Assembly (NCBI GenBank): GCA_951406725.2
Contig: OX597815.1
Coordinates: 165,106,001-165,170,000, forward strand
Origin: Octopus vulgaris
Taxonomy: Eukaryota
Length of the DNA: 64,000 nt
Reading direction: 5' to 3'
Part shown: positions 37,140 to 50,592 of the stretch, piece after piece
How the letters are laid out: each line of letters begins with the position of its first letter
Numbering within the stretch: the first letter of the stretch is position 1
Notes under the pieces: model-generated
What the model was told of the DNA's origin: nothing
Database searches by the model: none
What the model saw: only the letters and a program-made list of their open reading frames with translations
Position numbers and translations under genes: made by a program

Positions 37140-37660
37140 TACAGGGTCTCATCAAAATGTATTGGGACTGTTGCCATGTTAATGGAGCTGAAGTACGCAG
37201 CATGAAGCCACTTGACACAGATTGACTTTGAACTCTGTTGAGCATGCTCACTAAGTTATAACATTCTCATTCACTTCTGTTGTTTATAGCAGTGCTTGGA
37301 AGTAAAGTGTGTAGGGTGTGGTCTTTTCAAAAAGAAGATTGGGTTTCATCTGTACAGAATCTCCTTGATTGTGTTGAGAAAGTCAAATCTTTTTGAAAAT
37401 AGTCATGACAGGTGATGGAACAAAATTTCAAGATATTGAGGAAATCCAAGAAAATGCAATGAGGCAGCTGTTTGCTATCCTCAAAAGGGAGTTCTAGGAA
37501 TGCTTCCTTCAATGGAAACAATGCTGGATAAAATGTGTAGCTTTTTTTTTTTTTTTCAGAAGTGTACTACTTTGAAGAATATTAAATGCTGAACTGATAA
37601 ATATGTTGAAGTTTTCTGTTTATAGCACAATTCCTGATACATTTTTGATCAGACCTTGTA
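37140..37660 (+). mobile_element. Internally deleted mariner (520 bp)
   Basis: Imperfect ~32-bp TIRs with terminal TA (tacagggtctcatcaaaatgt / acatttttgatcagaccttgta); IVMTGDG fused to KFQDIEEIQ...FLQWKQCWIKCV. Confidence 0.8.
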
Positions 37661-37984
37661 TATAAATGTCATAGTTTCCCATTTTGCTTTGCTTAATAAT
37701 CTTAAAATCCGTGCTTATATAAGAAATATATTAATTGGATTATGAGAGTAAACACCAAAGATCAGCTGTAAAGTAAGGGTTTTCTTATGTTGCTAATGAC
37801 TTTGAAAATGTGTTAAGCACTTATTTATGCTTACTATATAAATCTTAGTCTTTGGACCTCCTCCTCCTGATCATGATCATCATCATGATCATCATCAAAT
37901 TCATCATCACTTTAATGTCTGCTTTAACGTGCTCACAAGGGTTGAGTGGAATTCGTTGAGGCAGATTTTCTACAAGGTGGTAGG

Positions 37985-38768
37985 CCCAATGTTCTGCCCA
38001 GAATAAGAGCCAATACTCCTTCAGGATGGCAGACATACACTACAGGCTTTGTAGAGCACCAATTTATGCCAAATAATCCACCAGATGACTTGACTTCAAA
38101 AGTGTTGCTGTCATTACAAGTGGCCTAGGCATCTGATGGTAAAGTTTTTTATGTGGGCTGCCTACAACACATACATGTTGATGGGTTTCTTCAAACTGCA
38201 TCACCCCACTGGAAAGAGAGTGTACACATTTCACTTCTTTCTAGATAAACTCTGCCATGAACTTGTTGGTAGTGTTAGAAACAAGAACACTGACTTTGGT
38301 AGATGATGTTCAGCTGAGCAGGATGATGAAAAGAGGCTGTTATGTGATGCACACCATGATGTGGAAAAGGTAGAAACAGCATCCAGCAACATTTGTTGCA
38401 GAGTGTGCAGGGAAAAATACCTGAGGGCAAAACAGATGAACCTCCAAATTGAGAACAAAGACTTACCCAAATGCTGTGAGACTGTTTACAGGTGCAAATA
38501 TTGTGAGGAGTTCCTCTGCATTGGAAAATCAGATAGTAACTGCTGGTTTGACTGACACTACAAGCACCAGTTTTGGCAATAAAAAAGCCCCCAGTGGTAA
38601 GGACCATGTTGCCCGCTATTTGGTATTTTATTTCAATATGAGAAACAAAACACATTTTAGTGATACTGAAACAATATTAGGTGGAAAATCATTTTTTGGC
38701 TCTTTTACCCAGGGAATTCTGGGCTGAGGGTACTGAAGACAATAGGTATTTGGGGTTCAAAGGGTTAA
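37985..38768 (+). mobile_element. piggyBac-like transposon 3' remnant
   Basis: C-terminal Cys-rich domain CRVC...CKYCEEFLC...CWFD*H; element ends in aggg followed by TTAA at 38765-38768. Confidence 0.7.
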
Positions 38769-38769
38769 G

Positions 38770-38965
38770 CACGTGGTTTCAATTCCTGGAGTATGTGATT
38801 TGTTGTGTTCTTGAGCAAAACACTTCATTTCATATTGCTCTAGTCCATTCAGATGGCAAAAATGAGTAATTCTGTGACAGATCAGCATCCCATCCGGGAG
38901 GAATATAAACACAACAGAACTGGGAAACCAGCTTTACTGAGCCTATGGCTTGGAAACGACCCCTG
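38770..38965 (+). mobile_element. tRNA-SINE (family 3-related), head truncated at the piggyBac end
   Basis: B-box-like ggtttcaattcc; core gttcttgagcaaaacacttcatttc; tail like 28100-28170. Confidence 0.6.
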
Positions 38966-40367
38966 ATCCTTTTTTTTTTTTTTTTTTATATATCATATCT
39001 TACATACATAAAAAAAATCCCCAGGTTATCATGCAATGCCATTTCCATTTCTGGCAATGCTTACAAATCATGATATAAAAAACTATCTAAAAGCCATCAG
39101 AGGCTCAGTGGCACACAAATACATTACAATGGTCCACCTGTTCCAAACCTCTAAAGTAGTTTTCTGTAAACTGAGTAAGCAATCTGGTTTCTATTCATAG
39201 AACTCTTTCCTTTAGCTTTCACCAAGGTCATTGTTTATGTATGAACAGCACAATATTTAGTCACTCCTTTACAAAATGTGTAAGAAACATCTAGTTGAAA
39301 TCTGGAGGAAGATCAATAGATAGTTAGTTCATAATCTGTATGAGACAGACTGAATTTGTGCATGGCAGTGAATTTACTGGTGTTAATAGGTTGTATACAG
39401 CTCTTTAAATATTTAATATTATCTGGGTAATTTTGCTCTTTAACTATATATATATATGTATGTATGCGGATGTATATATATGTGTGTGTATATATACAAT
39501 GTGTGTATATATATATATATATATATGCATACACATACATACGATAGAGATATATACATCTGTATGTTAGATATGGACCTGCAACTGTGCACATATGCAC
39601 TATATGCATATGCATACTTAGTGCAGTATGTGCATGCCTGAATGGCTGAATGGTGTGGATGCGTTATATTTTATTTTATTTTATTGTATTTGCTTTTTTT
39701 AATTTTTTTCTTCACTTATATGAGGTTTATATATACTACAGCTAGGCTATCTGAACTGGAATAGTTACAATGAATGCAACTACTTGCTGTTGGTATAATA
39801 GTGCAAGTGAAATGACAATTGGATCCTACTGTTAGCTACAGAAGAGCAACACATACTCACAAACACACACATATATACAGAAATAAGATATACAAACACA
39901 CACACACAAACACAGGTGCACATGCACAAACATACATGTGCAAGCACTTATACTTTTTCCTTGTCTTACTCTCTCTCTCTCACCTTTTCTCTTTCTCTTT
40001 CTTTCTCCCCAGCATACAAAACAAATGAAACAAAGCTGCTTAAAAGCCTTGTAAATGTTTTATCAAGGAATTCATGCAACTAATAAGAAATATTCTATGA
40101 AATACATTAGATAATAGACATCTAATAACAAAAAAAAAGCAAATTAGGAGAAAATCTAAAATAGGTAGATAAAAAGAAAAATCCAAATAAAATTCAAAAG
40201 AAAACTTAATACAGCAATGAATTAAAAACAATATATAGAACGTAACACATACAAACACACATACACATGCACACACGCTACATATATAAGAATCGGAGGA
40301 GATTAAATACAATGAGTAATTCTATATAGGTACACAATGATAATAATAATAATAATAATAATAATAA

Positions 40368-40614
40368 TGGTTTTCAATTTTGGTACAAGCCCAGCAATTT
40401 TGGGAGATGGGGCAAGTTAATTACATCAACCCCAGTGTTAAACTGCTATTTATTTTATCGACTCCAAAAGAATGAAAAGCAAAGTTGACCTTGGCAGAAT
40501 TTGAACCTTGAGCATAAAGATGGATGAAATGCTGTTAAGCTTTTTTGAATGGTATGCTAACGGTTCTGCCAGCTCATAATGATTATAATATTAATAATAA
40601 TAATAATAATAATG

Positions 40615-40712
<98 letters not shown>

Positions 40713-40928
40713 ACTTTCTACTATAGGCACAGAGTCTGAAATTTTGGGGGAGAGGACTAGTTGATTACCTTCCCCCAGTGTTCAACTGGTACTTTGGTAC
40801 TTATTTCATTGACCCTTGAAAGGATAAAAGGCAAATTTAACCATGGTGGAATTAGAACAAAGCATGGAAAGACATGAAATGCCATTAAAGCATTTTGTCC
40901 AGTGTGCTAACAATTCTGCCAGCTACCT

Positions 40929-41007
<79 letters not shown>

Positions 41008-41527
41008 GGAAATACAATCCCATAAAATTTGAAATAGGAAGAATTTGCTGCATGTGAATAGTAAAGGCCATGTCTATAATAGTTGGTGCATTGGGAACAG
41101 TAAGCCAAGATATAGACAAATGGCTGAAGGAGATTGGAATAGAATGCCCTGCAGAGCTCCTACAGAAAGTTTGTCTCTTAGGGACAACAAGGATTATCAG
41201 GAGAGTTCTAAGCACTTGAAAGACTTCTGAAAACTTGTGGATATCTAAGGTTACAGGCAGTAACCCACTATCCACATAATTCCTACCAGCAATAAGACTG
41301 TACCTGAGCCAAATGAAAATAATAATGATTTTGAAATTTTGGTACAAGGCCAGTAATAATAAGTTGATTACATTCACTCCAGTACTCAACAGGTACTTAT
41401 TGTATTGACCCTGTAAGGATGAAAAGAAAAGTCAACTTTGGAAGAATTTGAATTCAGAACATAAAGATGGACAAAATACTACTATGGATTTTGTCTGGCA
41501 TGATAACAAATCTACCACCTCGTTACC

Positions 41528-41530
<3 letters not shown>
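40368..41530 (-). mobile_element. Head-to-tail SINE family 2 copies separated by (TAA)n tracts
   Basis: Copies at ~40368-40575, 40715-40927 and 41330-41530, each bounded by (TAA)n. Confidence 0.8.
41010..41320 (+). mobile_element. 3' end of an R4/Dong-like (restriction-like endonuclease) non-LTR retrotransposon
   Basis: KYNPIKFEIGRICCM*IVKAMSIIVGALGTVS...LLQKVCLLGTTRIIRRVLST* (41010-41219); (TAA)n on both sides. Confidence 0.8.
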
Positions 41531-41568
<38 letters not shown>

Positions 41569-41639
41569 CATCATAATAATGCTTTGTCTAGATTATATCA
41601 ACAATATATAATGCATCACATGTGCATGACTTATTGTTT

Positions 41640-41900
41640 GCTCTAGAATCTGATCTATCTACAATTTCTCAAGCTTTTATCTACATTTACTGAAGATATC
41701 TTCCATCGCAAATCTAATGCACCTTTCTGTTCGCCACATACAGTACATTCCAAAACCTTTGGAGTTGTCTTCACTGCATGCATGCTAATATAACGAATCA
41801 TACACTCACTGTTTATGTTGTACCATCATACACCACTGCATAAACATAACTTCATGTAATCAGCTTTGTCTATACAGAGAGAAGCCATTTGTTGCCAAAC
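41640..41900 (-). pseudogene. Highly decayed RTE fragment
   Basis: Weak similarity to 25600-25880 (caccactgcataaacataacttcatgtaatcag...gagaagccatttgttgcc). Confidence 0.45.
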
Positions 41901-42846
41901 GTTTTTTTTTTTTAAATTTGCTTTTATCTGTTTCTTTAAAAATATTTCACATCAACAATAGCACCATTGATTACAGGTTTTCAATAAACCAATCACTGTT
42001 TCAATGCATTTCTGAAGATGAGAGTGACAAGTCATTGTCTGTTCATTGTCTGCATATCTTTTGTAGAATTAATACCATGCAGTGTATTTATATTTGAAAG
42101 CACCAATTTTTCGGTTTATTTACTGATGCCTACACATTACTAAAAGATATACTTTATGATTTCACTTAGGCATGGCAATACTAATAACCAGTTTTTAGAA
42201 TTCAATACAGTTATGCTTCAGAGTAAAGCATCAGGTAAGTACAGAGTGTTATTTTAATTAATGAATGGCTAAAAGAATAGGAGTTATGTAATCACTTTCA
42301 TTAGCTTACAGCAGTTTCTGCTATATGAAACAGAGCACTCAAAGGTGAGTGCAATGTATGACATGGCTTCATCTCGACTTTGAGCAATTCCATAACTTGA
42401 TTGGGTTTTTAACCATGAGCAACACTGATGTGGAAATCATGGGCACTTCTTGCAGGTGTTCAGAGATCTTACATATGCTGACATATGTCTTCATTCTGAC
42501 ATGAAATTTTTCAATGAGCATTCTGCCATTCTTGTCTACAGCCTGCTATAGCATGCAACACATAGCAGAAACCTTAAAAATGCCCGAAACTTTTGAAAGT
42601 GAGGAAAGGCTTTGCACTGGTCCAACCTCATTCTCTAAACAATGTATGCATTTTCCCAAAAAGAACTTGTAGTCTACATCATTGGATACAAATGCAATTT
42701 TAGGTGTTAGATCAGAGTTGTTCTTTTCCTAAAGAGATGTCAAAACAAACACTAGGGGTTTCTCACTCCCAGCAGTTGGATGACTATTGCCACAACTGAC
42801 ATGTGGTAGGGTTGCCAGTTTAGTTGCTGATGACCTGACTATGTGA

Positions 42847-44060
42847 CAGGTCATCCCATAAATAATGCAGTTTTTTCAACTGCCTGACCAAAAAGTTGGA
42901 GGAGGACGAGATAAACTGCCGGCATCAACTTGCTGTAAAGCAGGTTGTAATTTTACCTTGCAAGTTTTGAAGAGGGCAGTTCGATTTTAACAGTTATTTT
43001 TCAAAGCTATAATGGAAGTGACAAAGTTGCATATTCAGCAGTGGAAAATGCAAGGAATATCAATGTAGTCTATGGGGATTGGACAATAAACATAAGCCAG
43101 TGTCAATGTTGGTTCCAGAAATTCCAAGCTGGAAACAGCAGCCTAGAAGACAAGCCTTGTCCTGAAAGATCAACGAAGACATCCTGCAAATCCTGGTGAA
43201 ACAAAAATCCCATTGTAATTGTTGAGGAATTAGCAGAAAAGCTTGGATTTGGTCATTCAGCCATTCATCAACATCTGTGTAACATCGGAAAAGTCAGCAA
43301 ATTGGGTCATTGAGTTCCTCACAAGCTTTCCATGTCTAATCAGGCACAGAGAGTGAATGTGTGCTCTTCTGTGCTGTCATGTTGCATGACCATTTTTTGG
43401 ACCGAATAGTGACTGGTGATGGGAAATAGGTTTCCTATAAAAATGTCAATCACTAAAGACAGTGGGTAGGGAAAGGAGAAACATCAGCTCTGCAGGCTAA
43501 AGAAGGTCCTCAACCATGTAAGGTGTTGTTATATGTTTGGTGGGATATGAAAGATTTAGTCCACTTTGAACTTTTAAACCCAAACCAAACAATAACAAAG
43601 GAGATCTATTGCAAGCAGCTTGAGTGGCTTAAGTCAGCACTAAAAGAAAAATGACCATCTTTGGTTTCAAGACGAAAGGTGTTCTTCCATCAGGATAATG
43701 TTCGGTCACATACAGCAAGGATGACATTCCAAAGGCTGGAGCAGTTTGAATGGGAAACGGTGCCCCACCCAACATATTTGCTGGACATTGCCCATCTGAT
43801 TATCATTTATTCCACAGACTTCAAAATCATTTGGATGGAAAAAATATGAATTCTGTAGACGAGGTCAGAACAGTATTGGAAGAATATTTTTCATTATGGA
43901 CAAATGAATATTGGAAGAGGGGCTTTGCAAGTCTACCAGATAGATGGAAGAGAATTGTAGAAAAATGAAGGAGAGTATATATTAGATTAAAAACAACCTC
44001 ATCTTAATTTTGAAAAATAAAAGTATAAATAAACTGCATTATTTATGGGATGACCCAATA
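42847..44060 (+). mobile_element. Full-length (~1.2 kb) mariner with pseudogenised DD34D transposase
   Basis: Perfect 25-bp TIR ggtcatcccataaataatgcagttt (42849-42873 / 44031-44055); ATG at 43012; *VPH, IVTGDGK*, FHQDNVRSH, HPTYLLDIAPSDYHLF motifs. Confidence 0.92.
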
Positions 44061-45650
44061 TGCGTATACACAACTTTTTTTCAATATGCTGTAAAACAAC
44101 ATTTAAACAAATTCTTATTTGAGGCACCAAATGAACCCATATTGCTGCAGGAAATATAAAGAAGAGCAGCTCTGTCCAATTCACTACCTTACCGGAAACA
44201 GCTCTGGACAGACAGAGCCAAGAACTGAAATGAAAACCAATTGTGAAATAATGTACCAATTGTACTAAAGACAATCCTGAACATGGACACAACTTCTGGC
44301 TGAAACCAGTAGAAGTAAAAACAAAAGTAAATGTATTAACTGAGTGTATTGTTCTCTTTATATTGATTATTTTTTATTAATTTCTTTTGCTTTTATTAAC
44401 TGCTTCTAATTAACTAACAGCATTATTACTTCATTTTATTGTTACAAGTTTTGTGTATATTACAAAAGAAAATTTTCTCTTTGCATTGTATTATGCCAAT
44501 AACCTTTGTAAGCTTAGCATAGATTTAATAATGACAGAAATATATTCATTCCACATATGCAATTGATGGCAAAGCACTCATGAGTACATACATGTGTATA
44601 TTTGGCAAGGAAAATTTCTCTTGAAGATATATCTCATTAACATTCAGAACATCTATCAGGAATAATTAAATAAGAAGTCACACTGATTTATTGGAACTAG
44701 AGGCAAAACTGCTATAAGAGATAGTAAAAATAAAAAATAAAATAAAAAAAGAAAGAAGAAAGAGGAAATGGAAAAGGTGTAAATTGGGTTGTCATAAATT
44801 ATATTCCCAAAATTTTCTCAATTGTCCTTCTTTGCCTGAATTTGAATTTGGCTAGATGCTAAATATTCCATTCACAGTTGAGAATTACAGAATTCTTCAG
44901 TTGTTGCTATAGTTATTCCATATGTTTTATTTTTGTGTGTGTACAATATATATTAAGGGTCTAAATAAGAAGGTGGTACATTTTATATTTTTCTATGGCT
45001 ATAACATATGCAAGCTCTCAAATGGTCTCAAATGACTGTAGTGGTATTTATATAGAGATTACTGCAGCATTCATCACATGATATGAAAAAAATATTTTCC
45101 AGAGATTTGTTTTTAATTAGTTTTACATCTATTCTTTGAAAGAAACAGAACTAAAGAATGTTGAGTCATTTTACATTCAAATACCTCAAGTGTTGTTGTT
45201 GTTGTTGCTTTTCTTAAAAATTTCTGGTCACCTCTGCACAAGCAGACTTATGGCATCAAAATAACTGCTTAAATATTTCAGTATCAACTATGTATTTAGA
45301 ATCACAACTGGCCTTACTAGTAAAAGGGTTAAAGGCTTCTATCTAATCATTAACACCACACTGTTCCTCTGCTAAAGCACTTCCTTCTCAAGGATACAGT
45401 TAATCTTTAATAGGTTATTGTTTAGATCTAGGTCAGTTCTGTTTAAGCAGACCTATCATCAAAAGCATTCTAGTTATAATTATTACAACTTTTTGCATTG
45501 CAATTTGTCATTTTTTTTTAAGATGGCAGAGTGTGAATTGAATGAAATTTGACTACTATTTCTTATTAGATGTGTGACTGCATAGAGCAGTCATGAGCAG
45601 TCTATAGCTTATGGGACTTACCAAATGGTTTGCCTAACAAAAAAATTACT

Positions 45651-45878
45651 CTAACTCTTTGGTATTTAAACCAGCAAAATCTGGCCAAAATATTCTGACT
45701 GTTTCATGTTTAAACCAGCTGCATCCAGCCTCTCACATCTACTGTACAATATCATTGTACAAATATACAATCACATCAAAGAAATCTCAAAGCTACAAGA
45801 TAATGCATGATTAATTCAAAACAATGTGAATAAATAGGGATTACATTTGACATAGTAATCTGAATACTAAGGGGTTAA
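45651..45878. mobile_element. TTAA MITE, second copy of the 7990-8219 family
   Basis: Shares gaaatctcaaagctacaaga.aatgcatgatta.ttcaaaacaatgtgaataaata; ends ggggttaa. Confidence 0.75.
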
Positions 45879-46349
45879 ATTGCTTTTACTGGTACAACCT
45901 GTTTGATGATAAGTCACGTTTCATGTAGCCTGCTTTTGACAAAAGTTGTCCATACTTGATAAAAAAACTTCCTCCACTGGCTTGAGCTGTTAATAAGTAT
46001 AACAGGGAGGTACATTTCATTACTTGTTAACAATAGGTGCACTTTGTCATTGATTGTTTTGTGACCTTAAGCCATTCAACTGAAATTATTCCCAGACTAT
46101 TTTAATATATTGGAATGAGAAGCAAATTGGCTGGTTTCTTTGTTACTTAAGAATTCATTAATATTTATTAGTTGAACGATCTATAAATATGAATGAGATT
46201 AGTAATTATTTTAGAAGAAAAGTTTTAGCAAAATAATATTTGCAGAAAATTTTTTTCCAGTTTGAGTACTGCAGAAGATGTAAAAAATGAAATAACTAAA
46301 TAAGCACAGAAGTTATTGTAGATCCTCAAGTCAAATCCACAGCTTATAT

Positions 46350-46785
46350 TCCTCTTCCTCTTCCTCATCCCTCCTCCTCGTCCTCATCTTCGTCCTCCTC
46401 GTCCTCCTCCTCGTCCTCCTCCTCCTCCTCGTCCTCCTCTTCCTCCTCGGCCTCCTTATTCTCCTCCTTGTCGTCCTCATCCTCTTCCTCCTCGGCCTCC
46501 TTATTCTCCTCCTTGTCGTCCTCATCCTCTTCCTCCTCGGCCTCCTCATTCTCCTCCTCGCCGTCCTCTTCCTCCACCCCTTGCCGCCACTAACGCCGCT
46601 GCCTCTGATACGTCCACTTCCGCTGCTGCTGCCACAGCCGCCGTCGCTGCTGCCACAGATGCTGCCGTCGCAGTCGCCGCCGTCGCTTCCGCTGCAGCTG
46701 GCGCTGCCGCCACTACTGCTGCTGCCACCGCTGCCACCTCCACTGCCACCACCACTGCCACTGCCGCCACTATCACCACCACCAA
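46350..46785. repeat. Compound GC-rich trinucleotide tract ((CCT/CGT)n grading into (GCC/GCT/CAC)n)
   Basis: Direct inspection; abuts an RTE 3'-tail fragment at 46790-46930. Confidence 0.85.
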
Positions 46786-48322
46786 CATTTAATGTGTTTT
46801 CATACTGGTATGTCTTGAACAGTTTGACAGGAGCCAGCAAGTCAAGGGACATCACCAATCACCAATATCTTCTTCGGCATAGTTTCTGCAGCTGGATACC
46901 CTTCATAAAACCAGCAACTTTACAGAGTATCTCTACTTTTTCAGGTCACTTCACCCAGCTTTTAGAACTGGAACTAGATTTTCTACAAGTGTTACTTGAA
47001 GTAAACTGGGTACCCTTTTCAAAAAGTGATTCTCTCACATTTGTTCAATACCAAGAAACTGTAGCTAAGCACCAGTCTTTATAAGATGAATCTCCCTGAG
47101 AACTACATGAAGGGAATGTGTGTCTGTGGAGTGATCAGCTGCTTGCGCATTAATTTGAAGAGAAGGTTGTTCCATTGATTCGATTAAACTGGAACCCTCA
47201 TCATCGTAACTGACAGAGAGAGTGCCTGTCAGTCAATTTAACAGGTATATGGCCTGATGAGGGGTTTCCTTAATCTGTACTGCTAACCTTTGATTCTTCC
47301 AAGGATCCACCAGGAAAAGAAGGACCACCACCACCACCACCACCACCACCACCACTAATGCCACTGCTGCCGCACCACCACCTCCACCACCACCACCACC
47401 ACCACCACCACCACCACCACCACCACCACCACCACCACCACTACCACCACTACCACCACCATCACATTATTATTTGAATTCAAGTCATGCTTAAAAATTA
47501 GTGCTCCAGCCATTCTTCTCAGAACTTCAGCTTTGAAATCTATCAATCAATCAATTAACCAATCAATAGTCACTTTGAAAATATTAATGTGGTTCATTGT
47601 AAACAACTTGTTGTAACATTCTTTTCAATTTCTGCCCACCATTTCTAGCTATTATTTCATTTATTTCATTGATGTGGAGCCAACCAACATCACTTTATAT
47701 TACCAGTCTCCACTGAATTCTCAGGACATCGACATGAGAATCTGGACTGACGACCTAATGATTATTAATTGACCGTTGTAGCTGAAAATTAACACTTGGC
47801 TTCAATGTTGATTTGTTTAATAATCAATGACAAGCATTGATTATGTTAACCTGCATGCAATACACATTTTAACAATAGCATTTTAACGTATACAAGGACA
47901 ATAACTTCGGCAACAATTACTACAGCAATTATTAACTCCTGGTATTTTAGTTTTAGACACACAAATTTTGAGTCAGTGAATCACAAGAACTAGTTTTTCT
48001 TCCTGTAGAGATAATGTTATCAAATACATTTTGTGCTTTATCTAGCTCATTGAATATAATAATGTTGTTTTAAAGCTGAAGCTAAAACCATTTCTTTCCA
48101 TGCATGTGTATGTGTGTGTACGTGTGTGTGTGTGTGTGTGTGTGCATGTGTGTGTGTGTGTGTGCGTGCATGTGTAAGTAGGTAGGAATTCATTTATGTT
48201 TGTTTCGTACACTTCCAGAACATTTTGGTGGACTGTCATCTTCAGTAATATTGTTATAAAGGAATATGTGACAGTAGCATGTCTTCTTGCTCTTTTGCTG
48301 CATCTCATTTTCCTGACCTTCA

Positions 48323-49000
48323 TCATCATCATCATCATCATCACCATCATTATTGTCATCATTGATGTTGTTACAACTGCTGCTACTGCCCCTACTGCCA
48401 CCACCACAGCTGCTAAAGCAACTGTCAACACCACCACCACCACCACCACCACCACCACCACCACCACCGTCACCACCACCACTACCGTCACCACCGCCAC
48501 CACCGTCACCACCACCATCACCACCACCACCACCGTCACCACCGCCACCACCGTCACCACCGCCACCACCGCCATCACCACCACCACCACCACCACAGTT
48601 GCCACCGTCACCGCCGCCGCCGCCACCACCACCACCACCATCTTCATCATTGTCATCAAAGTCATTGTTGCTGCCGTTGGCAGTGGCATTGTCATCATTA
48701 TCATCATTTTACGCATGTTTATCCATGTTAGAATAAGTAAAGCAGGTTTTTACTGACATCCTCAATTCTTTCTCGTGAAATCAGCCTTCACCACTTCTTC
48801 CCACGTCTTCTTCAGATTTCTGCTTCAGAAATTCAGAACTTTCTTATCTAGTTGACATTGTGTATACACATCACATGTCTAGACCAATGCCATTGTCTTC
48901 TCTTGCACACTGTATCTGATGTCACTTATACTTACTTTCTCATTCAGCTTAGTTTTGCTGCGTTGTTCATGCACACAAATATTACGTATCAAGAAGACCA
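48323..49000 (-). mobile_element. Decayed RTE fragment with expanded (CAT/CAC/GCC)n tail
   Basis: 48760-49000 resembles 25500-25750; trinucleotide tract at 48323-48705. Confidence 0.55.
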
Positions 49001-49171
49001 TGCACGCAACATTTTAAAATAATTGCTTCAGATTTGGGCACAGGTGGTACAGTTTCAGTTAAAAGGAGTTGGTTGTCGAAATCAACATCAGTACTTTATG
49101 TTATTGATCTCAAACGGATGTGTATGGTCATGTATGTATGTATGTATGTATGTATGTGTGTATGTATGTCA

Positions 49172-49722
49172 GGTCACTTTCGAGTGCTACTGGTAACATG
49201 TAAGCCAGTACAACCTGTTGCATGGTCAGGTCGTCGGCGACTAAACCAGCAACCCCACCAAGCTTGCTTAGTGAGGAAGGTGTTTATTGGACACCCTGCG
49301 GGATGAAAAACAAAACCCGTCAAAGGGCGGAGGAACTCTTGAGAGTCAACGGCCATCCAATAAATGTCTTAAGGCTGTATCATGCGCGGGGACATAGAAA
49401 TAATTGGACTGAATACCCGATCACGTGGTTAAACCATTGGGAGTGAAGGACTCCTAGCCTTTGTTAGGGCATCCTTCTAGGAGAAGGTAACTTGGGTAAC
49501 TGGGATAACTCCAACATAAAACCTGCGGCTCAGTGGTTACCGATGATGTTGACTTGTTCTTCTTTTTGGATTATGGCTGCTGTTGCTTAGTGAGTGTGAT
49601 TGACTCAGTGCACAGCCTTTCCTCACTTTAAAAAAAATCTTCTTGCACAGGCATTGCACAATAAAAACATTGATTAAGCTTCGTGCAATGGCCATACTCG
49701 ATAACGAGGGGGCAGCCACCAT
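49172..49722 (+). mobile_element. Putative RTE-derived non-autonomous retroelement (~550 bp) inside (ATGT)n
   Basis: GC/CpG-rich, sharp boundaries with (ATGT)n on both sides; gggcatccttctaggagaaggtaact resembles a motif I recall from RTE 5' UTRs. Confidence 0.55.
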
Positions 49723-50011
49723 GTATGTATATGTGTGTATGTATGTATGTGTGTGTGTGTGTATGTATGTACGCGTATATGTACGTAAGTACGTATGTAT
49801 GGACGTATGTATGTATATATGCATGCATGCATGCATTTATGTATGCATGCATGCATGTATATGCACACACATACACACGGGCAAGAAATGCACACACAGA
49901 CATATGTAGGAACTGGGAATGATTCAGAATATCAGTCTCATTAGTGCCTCATATTATCAGAGTCACTATAATCTTCAGTTGCCACACATATATATCATAT
50001 GCACACACGCA

Positions 50012-50081
<70 letters not shown>

Positions 50082-50328
50082 CCTATCTATCTATCTATCT
50101 ATCTATCTACATATACATACATATATATATATATACATACATATATAGTTATCGCCATACTAATATGCGGACAGTTTTTTTTTATTTTCATAAGAATGCC
50201 ATATTAGTATAGTGATAACTATTAATTTCCAGGAACGCTGCCGTAATCTCTTTTAGAGAGACTTAGTAATTTTAATATTTCTATCATACATATATATATA
50301 TATACATATATACATACATACATACATG

Positions 50329-50362
<34 letters not shown>

Positions 50363-50366
<4 letters not shown>

Positions 50367-50552
50367 ATCCAAACAGGAAAACACAACAACGCGAGGACGT
50401 GGAACAAATATAGTATTATTGGACACTCAGGAAGGAAAGGAAGAAGGAGGGTTTTACGTTTCGAGCGGAGCTCTTCGTCAGAGACGTAGGAAAAGGAAAG
50501 ATCCAGAGAAGGGAAGACAGAGGAAAAAAAATCGATAATGGTACACATGCTG

Positions 50553-50553
<1 letters not shown>
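50363..50553 (-). mobile_element. Solo Penelope-like pLTR with minimal hammerhead (50451-50485)
   Basis: Minus strand GUCU-CUGACGA-A-GAGC(UCC)GCUC-GAAA-CG-UA-AAAC; palindromic ACGU stem III; (TA)n on both sides. Confidence 0.75.

Positions 50554-50589
<36 letters not shown>

Positions 50590-50592
<3 letters not shown>

Noticed and set aside
42199-42234. Possible 36-nt plus-strand exon (FNTVMLQSKAS, cag|gtaagt)
   Set aside because: Good donor, but weak acceptor and too short to support without transcripts.
46331-47084. Acidic, Arg-rich and Pro-rich ORFs (also 48042-48756)
   Set aside because: Open in several frames on both strands because of triplet repeats next to RTE tails; no splice or domain support.
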